Below the pieces are notes generated by a model. That model ran no database searches, was not told the DNA's origin, and saw only the letters and a list, made by a program, of their open reading frames with translations. Shown here piece by piece: positions 53,178 to 59,846 of a DNA stretch of 61,486 bases (positions within the stretch are counted from its first letter, which is position 1; each line of letters opens with the position of its first letter). The stretch is from Candidatus Limnocylindria bacterium. GTDB taxonomy: Bacteria; Chloroflexota; Limnocylindria; P2-11E. The stretch is from positions 1 to 61,486 of the forward strand of contig JBGPZT010000002.1 in the NCBI GenBank assembly GCA_041493915.1, in the 5' to 3' direction. The position numbers and the translations under genes were made by a program.

Positions 53178-53674
53178 TGGGAAGGCCGACGCCGAGACCG
53201 CGCGCGGACGCGATCGCGCTCCCGATCTTCCCGATCCTGCGAGTCCTCCTCGCAGTCCTCGCGCTCGCGATCGTCGTCGGGAGCGTCGCGGTCATCTGGT
53301 CGCATCGGGCTCAACTCCTCGGACGCTCGGCTTTCGAGCACTACATCGATCCGAAGGCGTACCAAGCGGTGTTCCTCACGACGTCGCAGGTGTACTTCGG
53401 CCAGCTGACGATCGACGGCGACGTGTTCGTCCTGAACGACGTGTACTACGTCAACCAACCGGACTCAGCGACACCCGGGCAGCTCGTGAAACGCGGCAAT
53501 GAGGTCCACGGCCCGCGCGACCCGATGCTCATCAGCGCGCAGCAGGTCCTGCAGGTCGAGAACCTGCGCGACGATTCGCAGGTCGCCCAGGCCATCCGGC
53601 TGATCCAGACGGGGCAGGCGCCACCGCTTGCGACACCGGCTCCAACGACGCCGCGGCCTAGCGCGACGCGATAG
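53177..53674 (+). CDS. Single-pass membrane protein, paralog 1 of a three-gene family (unknown function)
   Basis: The GTG at 53177 overlaps the giant gene stop (TAGTG). It has one TM and then YQAVFLTTSQVYFGQL...LNDVYYV...LVKRGNEVHGP...VLQVENLRDDSQVAQAI. Confidence 0.6.
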   Translation: MGRPTPRPRADAIALPIFPILRVLLAVLALAIVVGSVAVIWSHRAQLLGRSAFEHYIDPKAYQAVFLTTSQVYFGQLTIDGDVFVLNDVYYVNQPDSATPGQLVKRGNEVHGPRDPMLISAQQVLQVENLRDDSQVAQAIRLIQTGQAPPLATPAPTTPRPSATR

Positions 53675-53685
53675 CCTGACTCGAG

Positions 53686-54078
53686 ATGCGCAGCGAGTAC
53701 GTGTTCACCGGCAAGGTCGTGCTCGCGCTGCTCGTTCTCCTCGGCGTGTTCGTGCTCGTGGAGTGGTGGGATTTCGCGCTGCCGTCCGTCGGTGGCGCGC
53801 GTTATCAGGCGGTGTTCCTCGCTAACGGGCAGACCTACTTCGGTCACTACATCGACCGGCTCGGCCCCTACGCGAAGATCGAGGACGCCTTCTACATCCA
53901 GCAAACGCCAGCGCAGGACGAACGGACGCCGGCGGAATCGAAGGTCGTCCGGCGTGGGAACGAGCTGCACCATCCGACCGCCTTCGTGCTCGTCCCGAAG
54001 TCGGCGATCCTGTTCACCGAAGATCTTCGATCGGATTCGCCGGTCGCTCAGTTCATGGACAAGGAGAACGCGAAGTGA
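53686..54078 (+). CDS. Single-pass membrane protein, paralog 2
   Basis: Has one TM and then YQAVFLANGQTYFGHY...EDAFYI...VVRRGNELHHP...ILFTEDLRSDSPVAQFM. Confidence 0.65.
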   Translation: MRSEYVFTGKVVLALLVLLGVFVLVEWWDFALPSVGGARYQAVFLANGQTYFGHYIDRLGPYAKIEDAFYIQQTPAQDERTPAESKVVRRGNELHHPTAFVLVPKSAILFTEDLRSDSPVAQFMDKENAK

Positions 54079-54479
54079 TCCTGTCCAAGATGAGAGGCGC
54101 AGCGTTGATCCTGGTGCCAGCGGTCGTCAGTGTCCTGCTCTCGATGGTCTTGGATCCCGTCGCGCTCCCGTTCAGCGGCAATGAGCGTCTCTCCGCCGTG
54201 TTCCTTTTGGACGGCCAAGGCTACTTCGGCCATCTCGAGGACGTCCCATGGTCGGGAACGATCACGCTGCGCGATGTCTATTACTTCGAGGACGCGAGCA
54301 AGGTGACGAGCGATCTGCCGCTGGCGCTCGTCAAGCGTGGCGGTGAGCTCCATCAACCGGTCGATGTCATGCACATCCGTCGCGACAAGGTGCTGCTCGT
54401 CGAACGGGTCGGTCTCGACTCCGCCGTGGCGCAAGCGATCAGCGCGCAGCGCGCGCTGGACAGGTCCGCGACGAAGTGA
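54075..54479 (+). CDS. Single-pass membrane protein, paralog 3
   Basis: GTGA overlap with paralog 2. It has one TM and then LSAVFLLDGQGYFGHL...LRDVYYF...LVKRGGELHQP...VLLVERVGLDSAVAQAI. Confidence 0.65.
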   Translation: MILSKMRGAALILVPAVVSVLLSMVLDPVALPFSGNERLSAVFLLDGQGYFGHLEDVPWSGTITLRDVYYFEDASKVTSDLPLALVKRGGELHQPVDVMHIRRDKVLLVERVGLDSAVAQAISAQRALDRSATK

Positions 54480-55084
54480 GGGACCCCGTCGTCCGTGTGC
54501 CGCGCAAGGCGTTCGCGATCGTCGCGGGCGTCGCGCTGCTCCTGGTGCTGATGGTCGCGCTCATGGTCACCGGCGTCTTCGCGCGGGTCACCGATCCGTC
54601 GACGGTCGCGGCCGCCCCGATCCTCGCGACGCACCAAGCTGCCGCGGAGCGCGATGTGGAGCGCGCCTACGAGCAGGCCGTCACGCAGGTGCACAAGGTG
54701 CGTGCGCTCAATCTCGCGATCACCGCGCAGCAGGCCGACGCCATAGCCACGAAGGCTCTCGCCGACATGGCGGCCCTGCGTCACAGCGCCTTCGTCGCGA
54801 TCGGCCAGCTGCTCGGCATGTCCACCGCCGACGCCGAGGCCTACGCGACGGCGACCGAGCAACGCTTCAATCAATCGCCGCTGACGAGTCAGCCTGCGCC
54901 ATCCCCGGTGTTGCTCGCGCCGCGCCTCTACGCCATCGTGTCGCGCATGAGCGAGGTGTCGACGCAGCTGTCGGACAAGGCGACGACCGACCTGACCGCG
55001 CCCGCACCGGCGGGAACGCCCGCACCGACGGCAACGCCGGCGCGAAGCGCGTCACCCACGCCGAGCGCGAGCCCGTCACGTTGA
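54476..55084 (+). CDS. Hypothetical membrane-anchored protein (helical, Ala-rich, Pro/Thr/Ser tail)
   Basis: GTGA overlap with paralog 3. It has the TM FAIVAGVALLLVLMVALMVTGVF, a helical region, and then APAPAGTPAPTATPARSASPTPSASP. Confidence 0.5.
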   Translation: MRDPVVRVPRKAFAIVAGVALLLVLMVALMVTGVFARVTDPSTVAAAPILATHQAAAERDVERAYEQAVTQVHKVRALNLAITAQQADAIATKALADMAALRHSAFVAIGQLLGMSTADAEAYATATEQRFNQSPLTSQPAPSPVLLAPRLYAIVSRMSEVSTQLSDKATTDLTAPAPAGTPAPTATPARSASPTPSASPSR

Positions 55085-55665
55085 TGGGTACGATGCCGCA
55101 TGTGTGGATGGGTCCTCGAGCCCTGATCGTCTATGGTCTCGCGCTGGCGCTCACGATCTCAGCGTGCGGCGGCGGCGCGAAGAGCGACGCGACCTTGGCC
55201 GCCGAGGCGTTCAGCCGAGGGCTGCAGGCCCACGCCGCGGGCAAGCTGGACGAGGCCACCACGGCCTACTTCGAGACGCTCACGAAAGATCCGAAGAACA
55301 AGTTCGCCTTCTACAACCTCGGCGTCATTGCACAGGGGCAGAACCGGGCCGCCGCGGCCGAGGCGTATTACCGGCTCGCGCTCGAACAGGATCCGACGAT
55401 GGCGTCCGCCCTCTTCAACCTCGCGATCCTGCGCGGCATCGCCGGTGCGAACCAGGAAGCGGCGGACCTGTACCGCCGGGTCATCGCCGCCGACCCCAAC
55501 AACGCTGCGGCGCACTTCAATCTGGGTCTCGTGCTCCGGCTTCTCGGCCAGACCGTCGAGGCCCAGCAGGAGCTGACCAAGGCGCAGCAGCTCGACGCCA
55601 AGCTCGTAGCGCCAACGCCCAGCGCCAGCCCGGTGCGGCAGGCGAGCCCTTCGCCGACGAGGTGA
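55084..55665 (+). CDS. TPR-repeat lipoprotein
   Basis: The start overlaps the upstream stop by 1 nt. It has the lipobox LTISACGG and at least three TPR units (AYFETLTKDPKNKFAFYNLG, AYYRLALEQDPTMASALFNLA, LYRRVIAADPNNAAAHFNLG). Confidence 0.7.
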   Translation: MGTMPHVWMGPRALIVYGLALALTISACGGGAKSDATLAAEAFSRGLQAHAAGKLDEATTAYFETLTKDPKNKFAFYNLGVIAQGQNRAAAAEAYYRLALEQDPTMASALFNLAILRGIAGANQEAADLYRRVIAADPNNAAAHFNLGLVLRLLGQTVEAQQELTKAQQLDAKLVAPTPSASPVRQASPSPTR

Positions 55666-55728
55666 TTCGTCGCGTCTGAGCTGACGCACACGCGGCTGCA
55701 GCGAATCTTCCTGATCGTTCTCGTCGCG

Positions 55729-57813
55729 GTGCCCACGGCGATGAACGCCGTCGCCCTCGTGCCCGAAGTCGCGTACCCGGTCCCGAACGTCAACGACGAC
55801 GCCCAACACGTCGCGTTCGTGCGGCGCGCCGCGGACGGGTGGTCGCGTGGAGAGAACGTGATCGATCTGTGGGTCCCGGAGTTCGAGCTCGGAGTCCCTC
55901 AGTTCCTCGACTACCAGCACCTGCCACATGTCGCGGTCGTTCTCCTCGGCCGCCTCACGGGGGGCTCGGTCGATCTGCGCACGCTCTTCGACCTAGTCCG
56001 CTACGCACTCCTGCTCGGCTTCCCGCTGACCGTGTTCTGGTCGATGCGGACGATGGGCTTCACGACCGTCGCCAGCGCGATCGCGGCGGCCGCGAGCTCG
56101 TTGCTTTCCGGAGACCATCGCTATGGCTTCGAGTACGACAGCTACGTCTGGCGCGGGTTCGGCGTGTTCACGCAGCTCTTCGCGATGCACCTCTCGTTCA
56201 TCGCCCTCGCGACGCTGCACCGCGTCGCGAACAAGGGGACCGGGATCGTGGCGGCCGCGCTCGCCTGCAGCGCGCTCGCGCTCTCACACCTTCTCTACGC
56301 GTACATGCTGGCGATCACCGCGATCGTGCTGCTGTTCTTCGGCATGACGCGCGCAACTGCCGCCGCCCGCGTCGGGCGCTTCGCCGTCGTGGGCGTCGTG
56401 TCCGCGGTCGTGACGTCCTACATGTGGCTGCCATTCTTCATGCAGGCGGCGTACGTCAACGTGACGCCCTACCTCGATCCCGCCAAATACGACTCGTTCG
56501 GCGCGGGCCCGATCCTGTCGTGGCTGTTCTCCGGCGACCTGTTCGATCACGGCCGTCTCCCGGTCCTCTCGCTTCTGTTGGCGGCGGGCGTGATCTGCAG
56601 CGTGGTCACGCGCGCACGGCTCCCGCTGTTCGCTTCATGTCTCTTCGGGCTCTGGCTCGTCCTGTATTTCGGCCGACCGACGCTCGGTCCGTTGATAGAC
56701 CTTCTGCCGCTGCACGACAGCCTGTTCCTGCATCGGCTGGTGGGCGGCGTCGACGTCTTCGCGATCCTCCTGATGGGCATCGGTGGCGCGTGGCTGTGGG
56801 ACCTGCTGCGAGCGTCGGTGTCACGCCGCCGGCTGGTCGCCATCGGAGGCGCGAGCCTGCTGCTGTTCGCTCCGGCCATCGCCGAGCGCTGGTCCTACTA
56901 CGCGCAGAACGCGGAGTGGATGCGCCAGACGCAAGCCGCTCTCGACGCCGACGCCGACGCGCGAACGATCCTGGCCGCGCTCGGTCGGCAGCCGCAGGGC
57001 CGTGTCTATGCGGGCCTCCGAACCAACTGGGGCCAGACGCTCGACTTCGGCATCCCCTTCAACTCTGTCCGCTTTTACAACCTTCTCGCCCACTACGAGC
57101 TCGATGCGGTCGCTCCACCGAACCAGAGTCTGTCGCTGAACGCGGACCTGCTTTGGGAGTTCAACGATCAGGACCTCTCGCACTACCGCTTGTTCAACGT
57201 CGACTACGTGATCGCACCGCCCACCGTGACGTTCCCACCCGAGCTCCGCGTGCTCGCGACCACGCCCAAGTACGTCCTCTACGCGGCGCCGGGACGCGGC
57301 TATGCCGAGTACGCCGCGATCACGCACAGCGAGCCGGCGTCAACCCCGCAGGACCTGTTCGCCCGCGAGCTCGCGTGGCTGCGGAGCGGTGACGCCGCGC
57401 GCTGGACCTTCACCCGCTACGACTACCACACGACCGGGCCGGTCGATGTGACCGTCCCGATCGCCGATTGCGCTGGCGGGCGCATTTCGTATGAGCGGGT
57501 CCAGCCGGCGCAGTTCGAGGTCCTCGCCCGCTGCGATGCCGCCTCAGCGATGGTGTTGAAGGTCACCTATCACCCGAACTGGCATGTAACGGTCGACGGT
57601 GCCGATGTCTCCACGTTCATGGTGTCGCCGAGCTATCTCGCCTTCGCGCTCCCGGCCGGCGAGCATTTCATCGTCGCCGAGTACCGATCGACGCCGATAA
57701 AGGCGCCCCTGCTCGCCCTCGGCGCGCTCATGCTGGCCGCGGCCGTCGTTGCCGGCCCGGCCCGCCGGCGCTTAGCCGGTTCGGGCGTCTCGCGACCCCT
57801 GCAGGCGCAGTAG
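55729..57813 (+). CDS. Large polytopic membrane protein with an extracytoplasmic C-terminal domain and a terminal TM (possible GT-C-fold glycosyltransferase, YfhO/PMT-like topology)
   Basis: About 11 hydrophobic segments in the first ~430 aa, a ~230-aa soluble region, and a final TM IKAPLLALGALMLAAAVVAG. The function is inferred from topology only. Confidence 0.5.
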   Translation: MPTAMNAVALVPEVAYPVPNVNDDAQHVAFVRRAADGWSRGENVIDLWVPEFELGVPQFLDYQHLPHVAVVLLGRLTGGSVDLRTLFDLVRYALLLGFPLTVFWSMRTMGFTTVASAIAAAASSLLSGDHRYGFEYDSYVWRGFGVFTQLFAMHLSFIALATLHRVANKGTGIVAAALACSALALSHLLYAYMLAITAIVLLFFGMTRATAAARVGRFAVVGVVSAVVTSYMWLPFFMQAAYVNVTPYLDPAKYDSFGAGPILSWLFSGDLFDHGRLPVLSLLLAAGVICSVVTRARLPLFASCLFGLWLVLYFGRPTLGPLIDLLPLHDSLFLHRLVGGVDVFAILLMGIGGAWLWDLLRASVSRRRLVAIGGASLLLFAPAIAERWSYYAQNAEWMRQTQAALDADADARTILAALGRQPQGRVYAGLRTNWGQTLDFGIPFNSVRFYNLLAHYELDAVAPPNQSLSLNADLLWEFNDQDLSHYRLFNVDYVIAPPTVTFPPELRVLATTPKYVLYAAPGRGYAEYAAITHSEPASTPQDLFARELAWLRSGDAARWTFTRYDYHTTGPVDVTVPIADCAGGRISYERVQPAQFEVLARCDAASAMVLKVTYHPNWHVTVDGADVSTFMVSPSYLAFALPAGEHFIVAEYRSTPIKAPLLALGALMLAAAVVAGPARRRLAGSGVSRPLQAQ

Positions 57814-57904
57814 CCCCATCGGCGCGTCGCGCCCGGACCAGCACCCCCCGCGCCGGCCCGCGCCTCGTGGCTACATTGACCACAAGCCAGACCGAGGGGT
57901 CCAG

Positions 57905-57995
57905 GCGAGACCCGACGAAACGGCAAACCCGTCGCGAGGCGGGGACGCAAAGCCTCCGGACTCGATAGCGAGTTAGCGGGGTTCCCGAAACGAGG
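57905..57995 (+). promoter_or_regulatory. c-di-GMP-I (GEMM-I) riboswitch aptamer in the 5' leader of the peptidase gene
   Basis: GGCAAACC-CGTC-GCGA-GGCG-GGGACGCAAAGCCTCCGG...TAGCGGGGTTCCCGA matches the Vc2-type core GGCAAACC-AUUC-GAAA-GAGU-GGGACGCAAAGCCUCCGG...UAGCGGGGUUACCGA. That includes a same-length P2 hairpin with a GNRA loop. The SD GAGGA and ATG 58003 follow directly. Confidence 0.8.
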
Positions 57996-58002
57996 ATGAG
58001 CA

Positions 58003-59172
58003 ATGAAACGCCTTCTGACCGTCGCGGGCGCCGGCATGCTGGCGCTGCTCGCCCTGGTGTTCGTGTGGCATGGGCAAGCAAGCGCGAGTGACAGCCCGAC
58101 GTGCGCTCCGACCACCGGATTCATCCCTCAGTTCTGCGTCAACGTGCCCGTCGGCATGATCGCGCGGCGCGAGACCACCGTTCGTCTGGCGACAGTTCTC
58201 ACGGCGCACGCCGAGGTCCGCGTCGAGGCAGGCGTGCCGGCAACGGAGATCATCCGCCTCGCATCGAGCGTCGATAGCGCGATCGCCCGGGTAGAGCGCG
58301 TCTTCGACCGCCCGTTCCCGACCAAGCCGCGCATCCTCGTCTTCGCGACGAGCGCGAGCTTCGCGCGCGGTACGCAGGACCTCTTCGGCTACTCGCCGGA
58401 GACCGCAGCGATGGTCGCGGCCTCGTACGGCGGCGTGTTCGATCCGCAGACGCTCACGATCGCGGTGGGGTGGCAGTTCACCACCCGCGCGAACCTACCC
58501 GATCTCCTCGCGCATGAGCTCACGCACCTCGCGACACGCGAGATCGTCGGCCAAGACGCCATCCTTCCTGCATGGTTCGAGGAAGGGCTCGCGGCGCAGA
58601 TCGAGGCCGGCGACGCTGGAATCAACAGCGACGCGCAGCTCGCGGCGCGTTCGCTCCTCGCGAACACCCCGCGCACGCTCGATACGATCGCGACGCTGGC
58701 TCAGTGGCACCGCGCGTACGCCGAGATCGGCGTCGCCCTCTACGCCGTCGCGGCCGAGACCGTCAGCGTCATGGAAACCCAGATCGGTCGCGACGAGGTG
58801 TTCGCGGTCCTCGCCGAGGTCGGACGCGGCGCGCGCTTCGAGGATGCCTACCGGGCGCGTGCCGGCGAGGGTCCGGGTGAGTTCATCGCCCGCTTCACCG
58901 GCGATCTCGCGGTCCATCCGAGCGTCGTGGTCGGCACTGTGGCCGACAGCAGCGGCAACCTCCGGTGGACGCTTGTGGGATTCGCGCCGAATAGCGACGT
59001 GCACGTCACGATCCGCGGGAAGAGGTACGACCTGGCGTACGGGGTCCGCACCGACGGGATCGGGATGTACCGCGGGACCTTCGGATCGACGGCCGCTCTC
59101 GGCACCTACACGCTGACGGCCCAGACGGCGGCGGCGAGCGCGACGGCGACGATCGACACCGCGTCGCGCTAG
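58003..59172 (+). CDS. Secreted zinc metallopeptidase, Peptidase_MA-like (HExxH ... EEG)
   Basis: Has the signal peptide MKRLLTVAGAGMLALLALVFV, LLAHELTHLATREIVG, a downstream PAWFEEGLAAQ, and a C-terminal beta-rich domain. Confidence 0.7.
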   Translation: MKRLLTVAGAGMLALLALVFVWHGQASASDSPTCAPTTGFIPQFCVNVPVGMIARRETTVRLATVLTAHAEVRVEAGVPATEIIRLASSVDSAIARVERVFDRPFPTKPRILVFATSASFARGTQDLFGYSPETAAMVAASYGGVFDPQTLTIAVGWQFTTRANLPDLLAHELTHLATREIVGQDAILPAWFEEGLAAQIEAGDAGINSDAQLAARSLLANTPRTLDTIATLAQWHRAYAEIGVALYAVAAETVSVMETQIGRDEVFAVLAEVGRGARFEDAYRARAGEGPGEFIARFTGDLAVHPSVVVGTVADSSGNLRWTLVGFAPNSDVHVTIRGKRYDLAYGVRTDGIGMYRGTFGSTAALGTYTLTAQTAAASATATIDTASR

Positions 59173-59846
59173 CGGGCGGAGTCCTTCTCGAGCATCCCGC
59201 GGTTATGCACGAACAGTGCGGCCTGCGTGCGATCGGTGAGCTCGAGCTTGCTGAAGATGTTGGAGATGTGCGTCTTCACGGTGCGCTCGGTGATGCCGAG
59301 CTGCGCGCCGATCTCCTTGTTCGCCCGTCCGCTCGCCACGAGCCGCAGCACCTCGCGTTCGCGGGGAGTGAGATCCGAGTACACATCGGTCTCGCTCGGG
59401 GCATTGCCGCGGAGCTGCCCGAACTCATCAAGCACGCGGCGCGCGACCGAGGGATAGATCAGCGAGAAGCCGTCCGCCACCGTGCGGATCGAGTTCGTGA
59501 GCTGCGTCGCGGTGACCTCTTTCAGCAGATAACCCGACGCGCCCGCCCGGATGGACGAGAAGACGAGGTCGTCCTCGTCGTAGTTCGTGAGCACGATGAC
59601 GCGGGCCGACGGCACGTAGTTGCGCACCCGGCGTGTCGCCGTGACGCCGTCCCAGTCGCCCATGTTGATGTCCATGAGCACGACGTCCGGTAGGAGCTCT
59701 TGCGCGAGCTCCAGCGCCGCGTGGCCGTCGCCCGCCTCGCCGACGATCTCGATGTCCGGTTCGGTCTCGAGGATCGTTCGCAGACCGCTCCGCACGACGG
59801 CGTGATCGTCCACGATGAGGATGCGGATGCGGCGCTTCTCGTTCAT
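59169..59846 (-). CDS. NarL/LuxR-family two-component response regulator
   Basis: The receiver has ILIVDDHAVV and VVLMDINMGDWDG. The HTH is LTPREREVLRLVASGRANKEIGAQLGITERTVKTHI. Its start overlaps the kinase stop. Confidence 0.9.
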   Translation of the reverse strand: MNEKRRIRILIVDDHAVVRSGLRTILETEPDIEIVGEAGDGHAALELAQELLPDVVLMDINMGDWDGVTATRRVRNYVPSARVIVLTNYDEDDLVFSSIRAGASGYLLKEVTATQLTNSIRTVADGFSLIYPSVARRVLDEFGQLRGNAPSETDVYSDLTPREREVLRLVASGRANKEIGAQLGITERTVKTHISNIFSKLELTDRTQAALFVHNRGMLEKDSAR

